From an uncultured bacterium (lineage in GTDB: Bacteria; Patescibacteriota; Patescibacteriia; UBA9570; XYC2-FULL-38-9): a stretch of DNA of 64,000 nt. The translations under genes and the position numbers were made by a program. The stretch is from NCBI GenBank assembly GCA_937996685.1, contig CALKUP010000015.1, positions 71,900 to 135,899 on the forward strand, written 5' to 3'. This document shows positions 10,977 to 21,914 of this stretch, piece by piece (position 1 is the stretch's first letter; every line of letters begins with the position of its first letter). Under the pieces are notes generated by a model. That model was not told the origin of the DNA, did not search any database, and saw nothing but the letters and a program-made list of their open reading frames with translations.

Positions 10977-12488
10977 TTACAGAAGCAGCCAGACACACGT
11001 CGTCGACACGATGGCCAGCGGCACGGTAAACGGCAGTGCCATGTAGAGCATCTTCCCGTAACCGAGCTCGATCTTCGCTGCAAGCGGCGAAGTCAGCAGA
11101 AACAGGAAGGCGGCCTGCCCGTTAGGGGTTGCGATCGACAGGATGTTGGTCCCGGCATTGATCGCGATAGCAAGCTTCTCGAACTCGTGGGCTGTGATGA
11201 CACCCGAATCGTACGCTGCCTTGGCCTCGTTGATGAAGACCGTGGCGACGAAGACGTTGTCGCTGATCGAGCTCAGCGCACCTGATGCAGCGAAGAACGT
11301 AAGGAGGATCCCTTGAGCGTTCTGGGCAAGCGCGAACTCAACCACTGGCTGGAAGAGTTGGTTGTGACCAATGACATCCACGATGCCAAAGAACACAACC
11401 AGAAGCGCTACGAACGGCAGCGAAAACGTGAACGCTTGTCCGATGTGGTGCTCGTCGTTGACGCCGTTGAACACCGTCGTCAGCACAATCAGGAACAAGC
11501 CGAGAATGCCAACCTCAGCGATGTGCGTCGCGAGCCCAGTCACGAGCAGTGCAGCGCACACAGCTTGCACGGCAAGCTTGTAGGTCTCGTCGACCGTGCG
11601 GGTAGAAGACTCTTCCTTGGCGTTGGTCTCGAGCAAGGTGCGGATGGCGACGGGCATCTCTGCGCCGTAACCAAACACGCGAAGCTTCTCGACCAGCACC
11701 GACAGGACCATGCCCGCGAAAAGCGTCGGCACGGTGACTGGAGCCATGTGAACCATGAATCCGACGAAGGTCCAATCCTCGGCGAACTCCACAGGGAGCG
11801 CGCTCTCCATGACATGAGCAATCAGCAAGTTCTGTGGCTCACCGACCTTAGTGAGCACACCGCCGAGCATCGTGCCGATAGCTGCTTGCATCGAAAGCGA
11901 CTGCAAGAACGAGCGGAACTGTGCCAGCTCCGCATCGTCGCCGTCTTCCGTGCGACTACGGTAGTCGTTGTACGTCTTGTACAGCGCCAAGAACACTGTG
12001 ATCACAATCGAAATGACCGTGAGTGCATCGAGGTTCGCTGACAGGACGGCGCCGGACATGCAGAACGCGAGGCCGAGGAGTGACTTCGACTTGATCCCCG
12101 TAAGGATCTTACTGAAGACAAACATCAGTAAGTCCTTCAGGAATGCCACACCAGCGACGACGAAAACCAACAAGAGGATGACCGGGAAGTTGTGGTGCGC
12201 CTCCTCATAGAGACCCTCAACCGTGCCCATGCCCAACACCAGCGACTCCATTACGAGGAGTCCGCCGGGCAGAAGCGGGTAGCACTTGAGCGCACCCGCG
12301 AGGAAGACGATGAACTCGGCCATGATGGCCCAGCCGACCGCGAACTTGCTGAATCCGGTAGCGAGAAGCGCCGGATTCAGAACCAAGAACATGATCACCA
12401 TGGCCTTGTACCACTCGGGCGTCGAGACGCCGAGGAACGAACGGAATGCTGCCTGGGACAGCGAATGTGAATGCTGCTGAGTTTCCAT
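10977..12488 (-). CDS. nhaB: Na+/H+ antiporter NhaB; GC-rich
   Basis: ALKCYPLLPGGLL, LDALTV, VGEPQNLLIA, SDNVFVATVFI, ATPNGQAAFLFLLTS. Confidence 0.95.
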   Translation of the reverse strand: METQQHSHSLSQAAFRSFLGVSTPEWYKAMVIMFLVLNPALLATGFSKFAVGWAIMAEFIVFLAGALKCYPLLPGGLLVMESLVLGMGTVEGLYEEAHHNFPVILLLVFVVAGVAFLKDLLMFVFSKILTGIKSKSLLGLAFCMSGAVLSANLDALTVISIVITVFLALYKTYNDYRSRTEDGDDAELAQFRSFLQSLSMQAAIGTMLGGVLTKVGEPQNLLIAHVMESALPVEFAEDWTFVGFMVHMAPVTVPTLFAGMVLSVLVEKLRVFGYGAEMPVAIRTLLETNAKEESSTRTVDETYKLAVQAVCAALLVTGLATHIAEVGILGLFLIVLTTVFNGVNDEHHIGQAFTFSLPFVALLVVFFGIVDVIGHNQLFQPVVEFALAQNAQGILLTFFAASGALSSISDNVFVATVFINEAKAAYDSGVITAHEFEKLAIAINAGTNILSIATPNGQAAFLFLLTSPLAAKIELGYGKMLYMALPFTVPLAIVSTTCVWLLL

Positions 12489-12624
12489 TGCTTACTCCTC
12501 TGCTCTGTTACGGAATGTGAATGTGCGTCACAATACGCATACGCGTTGTGAAACCGTATAGAATTAGCACAGTCCTTGTGAAAATACAAGCAATAATAAC
12601 GACTGTGTGTATAAGATTATAAAA

Positions 12625-12764
12625 AGAAAAAAGCCCGCATCAGACAAACGTCATAGCGGGCACAAAAGAACAAAGGGATCTGAATGAATCGTTGTCAGAG
12701 ATATGACCGGAGGGTCCCAGGTAGCGGCAGGTCTGCCGCCGCCTACCTGGGGTTGTCTCGCTGT
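12625..12764 (-). repeat. kup trailer, copy 1 (inverted copy at 25753-25892)
   Basis: 140 nt with 1 mismatch; GC-rich hairpin plus terminator gcccgc...gcgggc-U6. Confidence 0.95.
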
Positions 12765-12770
12765 GAGGTC

Positions 12771-15149
12771 CTAGTGAGCGCTGATCCGGGGGCCAGCAGG
12801 GCCACCCAAGTGGACCGGCAGAGTCTCCTCTTCAATGCCGTCGTGATCCCCGAGGCCGAAGTAGTACTGCGCCGGGAAGGACAGGCGCGACATTGCGCGG
12901 TAAAGCGCGATTCCGATGCTGGAGTACCAGGGAGCGTCGCTGTCAACGATGATGTGGTCGTTGCCAACCACGATCTCACAGCTACCCGGATCAACGCTGA
13001 TCTGTCCGCTCTCCTTGAGCTCGGTCAGAACCTGCATGATGTCCGGCTGCTCAGCCCAGCCAACGCGGTAAATGACCGAGGTCACACCTTCGCTGAAATG
13101 GATGCAAGACACCCGGTTTCCGTTAGCGCGAGGAGTATCAAGCGGCTCCACCGTCAAGAACATAACGCGTTCGGGAACGGAACCGTGCCGACGAACGTAC
13201 TCGCTTGCCTGCAAGGGCAAAGACTGCTGAAGGCCTGTCACGCCAGTTGCTGACAAGAACGCAAACTTCCTCGCGGTCACCGGAAGTGAGCTGCTTGGAT
13301 TTTTCTGCGCATTCACCAGCTCTTCAAGCGTCATCGCACCTTTTTGCGCTTCTTGGATTGCGCTACGGATATGCTCCCTTGCGATCTTCCAGGACATCAT
13401 GACGACGTAGACGCAGAGACCCATTGCAACAGGGATCCAGGCCCCATCCGTGAACTTCAAGGCATTCGCAATGAAGTACGGCCCGTCAATGAAGACGATC
13501 AAGGAACCCCAAACCACACCAGCCTTCAACGCCCCCCACTTCCAGAGGTACCTGGAGATGAAGTACATGCTGACGCTAGTGATCAGCATCACCGTCGTCA
13601 CAGCCATGCCGTACGCTGCTGCGAGCGCGCTCGAAGTCTTGAAGACCAAGACAAGAAGCGCGCACACCGCGTACAGCATCCAGTTGACCGCGGGGATGTA
13701 GATCTGACCCTGATGATGATCCGATGTATGCAAGATCTCGAGCCGAGGCAGCAAGCCGAAGCTAATCGCTGCAACAGTAAGAGAAAAAGCACCGGATATC
13801 AGCGCCTGAGAAGCAATCACCGTCGCAGGTGTCGCCAGGAACACCATCGGCACCCGGAACATCTCCGGAACAATGCTGAAGAAGATGTTGCCCTCAATCG
13901 GGACACCTCCAGTAGCAATGAACGCTGCCTGACCACCGTAGTTCAGGAGCAGCGACGGCCCAACAATGAAGAACCAGCTCTTCTTGATCGCATCCAGACC
14001 GAAGTGTCCCAGGTCTGCGTACATCGCTTCAGTACCGGTCTCGGCGAGCACGGTCGACCCAAGTATTGCCATGTCGTTCAAGGCCAAAGCCATAAACGCC
14101 ATGCCGCCCACTGAACCGGCCAGGATTGGATGGTTGAAGAGGAAATCCAGAGCCGTCAGCGGATTCAGTGCTTGGATCAAGACCCACGGAGCGGCGGCGA
14201 GCGCCATTCCACCGAAAACAGCCAAGGAGATGAACCACGCAAGCATGATCCAACCAAAGATGCCTCCAATGAACTCCGTGCCCCTGCGCTGAATCGAGAA
14301 CAGCGCAGTCAGGATGGCGAGTGCCAGCGGCACGATGAACGAATCCATCGCAGGGTTCACGACCTTGAGACCTTCAAGGGCACTCAAAACCGAAACCGGA
14401 GGAGTCAGGCCGCCCTCACCGAAGAGGAAGGAAGCTGCGATTGGCAGAACCCGCTCAGCAATCAGCACAGAGATCGACGCCATGAAGCCAGCGCCTGCCA
14501 GCTTCTTCGCGTTGATCTCACGCATGAGGCCCATGAGAGCGAAGGTGCCGCCTTCGCTCTTCATGCTCGCACGCAAGACGAAGACCGTGTACTTCACGGA
14601 CACGACGAGCAGCAGGGTCCAGACGATGATCGAGAGAATGCCGAGAGCAGCAGACTGCATCTCCTGAGCCGGAATCACGAACGCCTCTTTGGCCTCCGTA
14701 TTGGTCAGGCAGTCTTCATTTCCTGCGCAGTGATGCTTCCAGGCCATCTCGTGCAGATGATGGAAGGTTTCGTTCATCGCGTAGAGCGGGCTCGTGCCGA
14801 TGTCGCCGTAGACAACACCAAGAGCACCAAGAAGGGCGGCTCCACCAGCAGCGGCATGCACCTCGGGAGAGAGGTGCGGAGTCGTCTGGGTAGTGAAACG
14901 ACCAGTCGCCTTTTGCCACCACGACTTTTCTTCGGGGGGCCAGTAGGTCAGGCTCTGCTCAAGAGCCAAGGGGTTGTCGTCAGTCTTCAAAGCCGAAGCT
15001 TCAACGGTCACGCTGACCGTAGTGGACGTCTGAGCCTCACGAGCATTGCGAGCCTCGATGTCATCCGCCATCTGCGGACCATCTGCATGAGCATCGCCAT
15101 CAGCATCGAGCTGATGACGAAGCCGCGTTTCATCAGGAGGCCTGGTCAT
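12771..15149 (-). CDS. kup: KUP/HAK/KT potassium transporter (copy 1, N-terminal extension); GC-rich
   Basis: GVVYGDIGTSPLY, EAMYADLGHF, QALISGAFSL, GQIYIPAVNW; ATG chosen just after the conserved leader. Confidence 0.95.
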   Translation of the reverse strand: MTRPPDETRLRHQLDADGDAHADGPQMADDIEARNAREAQTSTTVSVTVEASALKTDDNPLALEQSLTYWPPEEKSWWQKATGRFTTQTTPHLSPEVHAAAGGAALLGALGVVYGDIGTSPLYAMNETFHHLHEMAWKHHCAGNEDCLTNTEAKEAFVIPAQEMQSAALGILSIIVWTLLLVVSVKYTVFVLRASMKSEGGTFALMGLMREINAKKLAGAGFMASISVLIAERVLPIAASFLFGEGGLTPPVSVLSALEGLKVVNPAMDSFIVPLALAILTALFSIQRRGTEFIGGIFGWIMLAWFISLAVFGGMALAAAPWVLIQALNPLTALDFLFNHPILAGSVGGMAFMALALNDMAILGSTVLAETGTEAMYADLGHFGLDAIKKSWFFIVGPSLLLNYGGQAAFIATGGVPIEGNIFFSIVPEMFRVPMVFLATPATVIASQALISGAFSLTVAAISFGLLPRLEILHTSDHHQGQIYIPAVNWMLYAVCALLVLVFKTSSALAAAYGMAVTTVMLITSVSMYFISRYLWKWGALKAGVVWGSLIVFIDGPYFIANALKFTDGAWIPVAMGLCVYVVMMSWKIAREHIRSAIQEAQKGAMTLEELVNAQKNPSSSLPVTARKFAFLSATGVTGLQQSLPLQASEYVRRHGSVPERVMFLTVEPLDTPRANGNRVSCIHFSEGVTSVIYRVGWAEQPDIMQVLTELKESGQISVDPGSCEIVVGNDHIIVDSDAPWYSSIGIALYRAMSRLSFPAQYYFGLGDHDGIEEETLPVHLGGPAGPRISAH

Positions 15150-15152
15150 GGC

Positions 15153-15444
15153 ATTTTCCCAACGAAGGTCGCGTGGCACTTGCCGACGCGAACAAAGACG
15201 ATATGGTCAAACGGCACTCGCCGCTGACAACCATCGCCTACACACAGATTTTCGGTCTGCATGTTCTCCGCCTGGTGCGTTACGCCAGCTAAGGGTCCTT
15301 TTGACGCTTTAAAGTTTTTTGTCGTTTGTTCGACAAACAACGATTCATTCATGTGAATGTGCACGTTGTTCGATCGGCCATGGTAAGGAAGAAAAAGCTT
15401 CTGCTTCTAATTTCTTTTCACGGCAAATCGAGCAACAAAAATGG
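15153..15444 (-). repeat. kup leader, copy 1 (inverted copy at 23297-23588); structured 5' UTR
   Basis: 77-nt identical block plus conserved stems with substituted sequence. Confidence 0.9.
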
Positions 15445-15620
15445 ACACAGCTCGCCTGCTATTGCGATATCTTTTTTCTCTTGATCTATAGTGAATTACC
15501 TACTGTTTTTCTGCCCTCCTTTATGGAGAGAAGTCGTGCGTCGCTCTATTACAGACCAAGATATACCAACAATGAAATGTTCAGGAATACGAGCGTATTA
15601 TTGCCCTGTTTTCCGGGGCA

Positions 15621-15649
15621 AATGTAACGCTAAAGCTTTTTTATGTCAA
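15621..15649 (-). promoter_or_regulatory. sigma70-like promoter for kup copy 1
   Basis: TTGACA-17-TACATT followed by hairpin ttgccccgg...agggcaa. Confidence 0.6.
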
Positions 15650-15680
15650 TAGTTGATATATCAAACTGTGTATATATCAA

Positions 15681-15707
15681 AAGAACTCCGATTACTTCGG
15701 AGTTCTT
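15681..15707 (-). terminator. Terminator after trkH-kinase
   Basis: aagaactccg-attactt-cggagttctt with flanking A-runs. Confidence 0.7.
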
Positions 15708-15729
15708 CGAAAAAAATGAATCAACTATT

Positions 15730-16248
15730 CTATTTTTGAATCTCTGCTAACACTTGTTTTACAACATCAGCAGGCAGCAAATTATCTGTATCAATCACTG
15801 TCATACTATGACTTGTATAGAGCTCATTACGATCATTAAACAGCTGTTGAATATTGTTTGTAATCCGCTCTTGATCAGATTGTGTTGCTTGCGGATGGCT
15901 GCCAATAATCCGTTTTGCAAGTACTTCTGGAGAAGCCTTTAAATAAACGATGTGTAGTGCGGCTGAATTTTCTCGAAAATATTCCAAGTTCAATTCATTT
16001 TCAACAATATCTCCACTGCATGCCACGACTGTTGCATTAGCGTGTGTGCTAATATCACGACTCACATCAAGTTCCAATTCTTGCCACAATGAACGACGCA
16101 CAGCATACACTTCTTCTGTTGAATCAAATCCAGAACGCTCAAGTGTGACTGCGTCCATCTCAATAAAATCTGCATTCAACTCTTTTGCGAGCGCTTGTCC
16201 AACTGTTGTTTTTCCTGAACCAATCAGGCCGAATAAAAGAATTTTCAT
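15730..16248 (-). CDS. Shikimate-kinase-like P-loop kinase
   Basis: GLIGSGKTTVG, FIEMD, IVYLKASPEVLAKRI. Confidence 0.8.
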   Translation of the reverse strand: MKILLFGLIGSGKTTVGQALAKELNADFIEMDAVTLERSGFDSTEEVYAVRRSLWQELELDVSRDISTHANATVVACSGDIVENELNLEYFRENSAALHIVYLKASPEVLAKRIIGSHPQATQSDQERITNNIQQLFNDRNELYTSHSMTVIDTDNLLPADVVKQVLAEIQK

Positions 16249-16266
16249 AAATAGTTTCAATCAAAT

Positions 16267-18039
16267 TTATTTTAAAATCATTGGAGCATCAGAATCGAAC
16301 TCGACCGTACTGCGGTTATGTTGAAAATTACGTTGACCAACGCGACTAATAAACAACATGACAATTGTTAATACACCAACGCGACCGATAAACATCATGA
16401 TTGCCATAATAACTTTCGCTGTCACACTAAATGCAGAATAATTTCCTGTCGCACCAGAATTAGAGGCGCCGTTAATGACGGCTGGTCCAATATTTCCAAG
16501 ATTTGCAATCGCTGCTGTAAACGCTGTTTCTAAATCCATTGTTGCAGATCCACCGTTCACAAAATAAATTGTTGCACTGGTGAGCGCAATTAAGACCGCG
16601 CCAGCGAAGAAAATCAAGAAGTAAATAATCATATTCACCAAAATCAACCCAGCTGTTTTGTTGTCATATCGCATTCCATCAACCACGAATGAATCGTCAT
16701 TGCGTCCATGAATGACATTGAGAATTTGCATTTTGCAATATTTGTACAACACAACAAACCGCAATGTTTTCAAACCACCGCCAGTTGAACCAACAGATCC
16801 ACCCATGAGGTATGACAAGAATAAAATTGCAATTGCACCAATTGGCCACACAGAGAAATCTGTATTTGCATATCCAGTTGTTGAAACAATTGTTGTCACA
16901 CTGAAAAACGCATAACGCAAATTATCAAGCGCAGTTCCAATGCGGTCAGGCCATGTCATGAGCACTGCCCAAATTCCAAGAGTTGAGAGAATAATGAACG
17001 CCCAAAATGCACGGAACTCTGTGTTGTTAAACATTGCACTGGCTTTCTTTTTGAACATCAACATATACCACAGCGCAAGATTCATTCCGGCAAATGCCAT
17101 GAAAAATGCGAGCACCCATTCAGACATTGGATTTTGTAATCCACCAATCACCCGTGTGCCGTCTGGCAATGTTTGCATCAACCCAACACTTGTATCGTAC
17201 ACACCAAAGCCACCGGTTCCGAGAGCGCCAAACATCATTGTCAGCGCATCAAACACATTGTCGTACCATTGCGTATAAGGAGTTACACGGAAATACGCAC
17301 CAGTAATCAGCAGTAACACAGTACAAATCACACTCAATACAACATAGACTTTCAAAAATTCTGCACCTGAATTAATCGCCTCTTCCTCATCTTTGTAGAG
17401 CATGAAGACTGGAGTCTCGGCTTCAGAGTTAATGATTTCACCACGACGTGTTTGAAAACCGCGCCATAGTGTAATGATCATATATGCAATACCCATGCCA
17501 CCAACCCAATGAGTCCACGATCGATAGAAGATTACCGAACGTGGAAAGGCTTCAACACTTGGCAAGATACTTGTTCCAGTTGTTGTGAACCCAGACATTG
17601 CCTCATAAAATCCATCAACATATTGACGCCAGAGGCCAAATGTTTCTGCTTGCGCTGGAACTGGGAAACCACTCAAGATGAAATAAAAACTTGAGATAGA
17701 ACACGCAAAAAACCACACAAGCAAAATCACGAATGCGCCATGTTTTAAATCAAGCTTGGTTTGCACTGGATAGACTTTGCGAATAATTTGCCCGATCGCA
17801 AAAGCACCAAAACTTACAAGAGCAGCCCATACAATGTTCATCGGTTGCTCTACTGGAAATCGCGGATCATTCATTCCAATGTAAAACCAACTGACAAGTA
17901 ATGTGAGCACAAAAGACAAGCCAAGAATCACTTGCACTTCTAATGCTGGGACAAGCACGCTGACAACTTCATCAAACGCACGTTTCAAAAAATTCCCTTC
18001 TTTTTTTGTTTGTCGACTCTCTTCTTGCGACATATTCAT
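16267..18039 (-). CDS. trkH: TrkH-family K+ uptake membrane protein
   Basis: EAMSGFTTTG, GTGGF, STTGY, GSTGGGLK, NLGNIGP. Confidence 0.93.
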   Translation of the reverse strand: MNMSQEESRQTKKEGNFLKRAFDEVVSVLVPALEVQVILGLSFVLTLLVSWFYIGMNDPRFPVEQPMNIVWAALVSFGAFAIGQIIRKVYPVQTKLDLKHGAFVILLVWFFACSISSFYFILSGFPVPAQAETFGLWRQYVDGFYEAMSGFTTTGTSILPSVEAFPRSVIFYRSWTHWVGGMGIAYMIITLWRGFQTRRGEIINSEAETPVFMLYKDEEEAINSGAEFLKVYVVLSVICTVLLLITGAYFRVTPYTQWYDNVFDALTMMFGALGTGGFGVYDTSVGLMQTLPDGTRVIGGLQNPMSEWVLAFFMAFAGMNLALWYMLMFKKKASAMFNNTEFRAFWAFIILSTLGIWAVLMTWPDRIGTALDNLRYAFFSVTTIVSTTGYANTDFSVWPIGAIAILFLSYLMGGSVGSTGGGLKTLRFVVLYKYCKMQILNVIHGRNDDSFVVDGMRYDNKTAGLILVNMIIYFLIFFAGAVLIALTSATIYFVNGGSATMDLETAFTAAIANLGNIGPAVINGASNSGATGNYSAFSVTAKVIMAIMMFIGRVGVLTIVMLFISRVGQRNFQHNRSTVEFDSDAPMILK

Positions 18040-18371
18040 AGAATGTGTTAGAGTCTGCAGCTTGTGCTTTGAAAAATTTCCTGCACAAAAACAGACGTAT
18101 ATCGAATTAAATTACCCTTGACAATGAATGGATGTACTAGCGACATGTATCATTTTTGTAAAAAAATTCCACATGTCGATAGTCATCTGCGCAAACCTTT
18201 TTGTTCGCACAAACAATCAACAACGTATCATTTTTTTATTACGTTGTCGCAAGTACAGTGCATTGCACACGAGCATAGCACAGACTACTCTTGTTTTTTT
18301 TACGCGTCAAGAAACGAAAAAAAACGGAAGCTAGTCCGTTTTTTTTATTTGTAGAAAAATGCTTGTTTTTA

Positions 18372-19976
18372 TTAACCGATTTGCACTTTTTGTGCACCCG
18401 CGTGATCTTCTGATGGCGGATGGTTATGGAAACGTCGTTTCCATGGAAGTGCTGCAAGTAATGTCAACGGTCCAACGCGACCAAATAACATTGTTGCAAT
18501 CAACAAGAACTTTGAGAACGGAGTCAAAATTGCTGCGAAACTTGTGACGCCGCCAGCAAAGCCCATTGAAAGACCAACAGTACCGAACGCTGAGAAAATT
18601 TCAAAGATAACTTTCAAGAAGTTGAATGTTGGATCTGGAGTCATCAAGAATTTATATTCAACCAGTGTAATCAAGAATGTAACAACACCGATGAATGACA
18701 AACTAAAGAAGAACAAACGAATTGCATGTGATACAGCAAATTTACTGATCACACCTCCAAATAAACGCACTGGTTCGTTTGGTTTTTTGAACCAATCAAG
18801 AATGTATCCAACGAGAACTGCAAAGGTTGGGATTTTGATACCACCACCTGTACCAGCTGGATTGGCACCGATATACATCAAGAGCATGTACAAGAATAAT
18901 GTCGCAGCACCAAGCGCTCCGATATCAATCGTATTGAAACCGGCTGTTCGAGTTGAAGTACTTTGGAAAAATGCGATGAGCACTTTTTGCCACACTGTGT
19001 GACCTTCCATGATTGGATTATTCCATTCAACGATCAACGGGATAATTGTTCCGATACTGAGTAATGCGAATGTTCCCCAGATCGCAACACGCAATTGGAC
19101 TGGAGAAGCCATAACGCCGTTGACTGATTTTTCTAACGCTTGTTGTTTTGCACTTTCACGTTTGCGAATCACACGACTCATTGCAGCATGTCCAGCAATT
19201 AATACTGGATAGCCAATACCGCCGAGGATAATCAAGAATGCAATTGTGAGAGAAATAACAGAATCGTTCACGAAATTTACAAGATTGTTATTCATCAATC
19301 CAAAGCCAGCATTGTTAAACGCTGAAACTGAATGGAAGAGAGACCACCACCATGGGTTCAAATTGTTAATCATTGCTGGATCAACAAAAAATTGCAGGTG
19401 CACACCCATAATCACTGTCGCGAGACCTTCAATTAAGAAAGTGTACATAAACACATGTTTCAACATGGTTCCAACTTCATGTCCTTCTGCATCTAAAATA
19501 TTTGCAAGTAAATTTTTAAATGAAGAACCTTCAGACAATCCTTGAACAACCGCGAATGCAAACAATGAAGTAAACACGATAATCCCAAGACCGCCCATTT
19601 GAATCAAAATCATTGTGATGATTTGACCGCCGAGGGTAAATTCTGAAAAGTCTGTTGATGTCAGACCAGTTACACACAGCGCTGAAACAGCAGTAAACCA
19701 CGTGTCGATAAATTTTTCACCTTTGTACTGAATGTTTTGCACAAACGTGTGTGTTTGTGTCGGCGCTTCACCAACAGTCCCGCTAAACAATGGTGTTGTT
19801 GGAGTGACATTCACTTCTTGCAAGACAGCTTGCTTTGCGTGGACATCGCGATTTTTTTCTGTTCCGTATAAAATACCACCACCAATCAGTGACATTAATA
19901 CAAACGAAATGATCGTTGCCTCAGCAGCTGTAAAGAACGAAAATTTTTCAAACAAGGATTCAACAATTTTTTTCAT
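18372..19976 (-). CDS. ktrB: KtrB/TrkH/NtpJ-family K+ transporter
   Basis: SALCVTGL, SAFNNAGF, RTAGF, GTGGGIK, SAFGTVGLS. Confidence 0.9.
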   Translation of the reverse strand: MKKIVESLFEKFSFFTAAEATIISFVLMSLIGGGILYGTEKNRDVHAKQAVLQEVNVTPTTPLFSGTVGEAPTQTHTFVQNIQYKGEKFIDTWFTAVSALCVTGLTSTDFSEFTLGGQIITMILIQMGGLGIIVFTSLFAFAVVQGLSEGSSFKNLLANILDAEGHEVGTMLKHVFMYTFLIEGLATVIMGVHLQFFVDPAMINNLNPWWWSLFHSVSAFNNAGFGLMNNNLVNFVNDSVISLTIAFLIILGGIGYPVLIAGHAAMSRVIRKRESAKQQALEKSVNGVMASPVQLRVAIWGTFALLSIGTIIPLIVEWNNPIMEGHTVWQKVLIAFFQSTSTRTAGFNTIDIGALGAATLFLYMLLMYIGANPAGTGGGIKIPTFAVLVGYILDWFKKPNEPVRLFGGVISKFAVSHAIRLFFFSLSFIGVVTFLITLVEYKFLMTPDPTFNFLKVIFEIFSAFGTVGLSMGFAGGVTSFAAILTPFSKFLLIATMLFGRVGPLTLLAALPWKRRFHNHPPSEDHAGAQKVQIG

Positions 19977-20116
19977 ATTAAAAATACTCTTTCTTAAGTC
20001 ACAATAACTGACCCACAATACACATTGCAGTCAGTATTTCTTAAGAAGAGTATAAAAACGAACCCCTTGAGTCAATCAATTTTTATCAACAAATATATCT
20101 AATTTTAGCTATATCA

Positions 20117-21448
20117 TTAAGCGATATACCACCAATAGAGCATGCCAAATGTCACCAGCCCATTAATGAATACAAGCGGGAAACCATACGCCAAATATTT
20201 CAAGAAAATAACATGGAATTTTTCTCGTTCTGCTTGCCCGAGAGCAACAACGTTACACGCTGCCCCAATTGGAGATCCAGCGCCGCCAAGTGATGTTCCA
20301 AGGTTGAGTGCCCACCATAACGGATAGACGAAAATCCCTGCTTTTGCCATTGCTTGAATCGCACCGACCATCGCGATGTTGTATGGCACGTTATCAATAA
20401 AGGTTGAAATTGCGCCAGAGCCAACTGATGTAAAGAATAATAATTTTCCTAAATCTCCATCAGTCAATTCAACGAGCTTCTCTGCTAAAAATGCAATAAC
20501 TCCAGTATGCTCTAGCCCACCGACAATAATAAACAGGCCCATGAAAAAGAAAATAATTTCCCAATCAATCAGCTTTGTAAAAACGTCGTGCATATCTTTT
20601 TTAAACGCGATAATCGCAAGGAACGCGCCGGTGAGTGTCAGTGTTGCGTTGTCGAGCGTGATGCCAGTTGCCTCAGTAATATATTCACGTGTCACCATTA
20701 ATAAAATGACAACGATTAATAGTGGGACACCGAATTTCAAAATTTGACGATCTTTAATTGCGGCTTTTGGATTAAACAATTTTAAGCTTTCAGTTTTCAC
20801 CTCAACGGCTTTCAGTTGTTTATTAAAGACAAGTAATGAATAGCTCATTACAACAACAGACAAGATCCATACAATAGCGCCAGAATTTCGCACCACTTCT
20901 GCAAAGCCAAGCCCAACAGTTTTGGCTTGATAATAGGTTGTCGGGTCAGAGATTGGCGTCATCGCACCACCGATATTTGCCATGGTGATCATCACAAAAA
21001 AATACGGCAGAAATGGCAACTTCAATTCTCGAATCAAGACAATGAGCACGGGAGTTAAAATCAATACAGTCGGAATATTTGAAAGCAGCGCTGTCATTAC
21101 TAATGACAAATACCCAAACACAATCAATAAAAGACGCGGCTTCCCTTTCACCAGTTGTACTAATCGAATGGCAAGTGACTCAAAAAGACCGGATTCTTTG
21201 ACGATGCCAACCAGCACCATCATCCCGATAATAAACCCTAAGACGTCAATATTTTTCTTCACAAACTCAAGCGCGCCGGCCTGGGAACTCGCTTCAACGG
21301 TTTTGAACACTTGCAAATAAATGAGGATCGCAGCGCCAAGCATCACAACGATCACTTTGTTAATTTTTTCAGCGATAAGAAAGGCGTACGTGACAAACAA
21401 TACAACGATGGCCATTGCTCCGTATACTGTAATATGATCTGGATTCAT
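20117..21448 (-). CDS. ArsB/NhaD/SLC13 (IT superfamily) permease
   Basis: ANIGGAMTPISDP, IDNVP, LGGAGSPIGAACN. Confidence 0.85.
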   Translation of the reverse strand: MNPDHITVYGAMAIVVLFVTYAFLIAEKINKVIVVMLGAAILIYLQVFKTVEASSQAGALEFVKKNIDVLGFIIGMMVLVGIVKESGLFESLAIRLVQLVKGKPRLLLIVFGYLSLVMTALLSNIPTVLILTPVLIVLIRELKLPFLPYFFVMITMANIGGAMTPISDPTTYYQAKTVGLGFAEVVRNSGAIVWILSVVVMSYSLLVFNKQLKAVEVKTESLKLFNPKAAIKDRQILKFGVPLLIVVILLMVTREYITEATGITLDNATLTLTGAFLAIIAFKKDMHDVFTKLIDWEIIFFFMGLFIIVGGLEHTGVIAFLAEKLVELTDGDLGKLLFFTSVGSGAISTFIDNVPYNIAMVGAIQAMAKAGIFVYPLWWALNLGTSLGGAGSPIGAACNVVALGQAEREKFHVIFLKYLAYGFPLVFINGLVTFGMLYWWYIA

Positions 21449-21467
21449 AAAAGTGTTATTTCTGTTT

Positions 21468-21914
21468 TTATTTCATTGCGTTTAATAAAACGCTTCGCAA
21501 TTCTGTTCGAGTGAAAATTCCGAGGAGCTTCCCATCTTCAAGCACTGGAACGACATATAAATCGTTATGCAAAAAGTCTGCGATAATTGTCATCACATCG
21601 GCGTCTTTTGTGACAGACAAAAAATCAGTTCGCATCACATCGCCAACGGTTTTTGTTGCAACACTTTTCGCTTCTTCTGTAAAAAACTCTGGAGTAAACA
21701 TTGCAGCAGCAAGCGCTTCATTACTCTTAAATGAAGGCGGCACAACTGCAGCAGCGATATCTTGGACTGATACCAAACCTTGTACACTTCCATTTGTATC
21801 AACAACCACAAAGGCATTGTGGTGTTCGTCAACCATTTTTTGCGCGACATCACGGAGAGTCATTTCAGCAGAGACTGTTGAAACACCGGTTTTGTACAAA
21901 GCTTCGATTGTCAT
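21468..21914 (-). CDS. Stand-alone CBS-pair protein
   Basis: Two CBS repeats (GLVSVQDI; GIFTRTEL). Confidence 0.85.
   Translation of the reverse strand: MTIEALYKTGVSTVSAEMTLRDVAQKMVDEHHNAFVVVDTNGSVQGLVSVQDIAAAVVPPSFKSNEALAAAMFTPEFFTEEAKSVATKTVGDVMRTDFLSVTKDADVMTIIADFLHNDLYVVPVLEDGKLLGIFTRTELRSVLLNAMK

Noticed and set aside
9702-15227. Many overlapping alternative ORFs across the porin, nhaB and kup genes
   Set aside because: Expected from stop-codon scarcity in GC-rich DNA; no motifs
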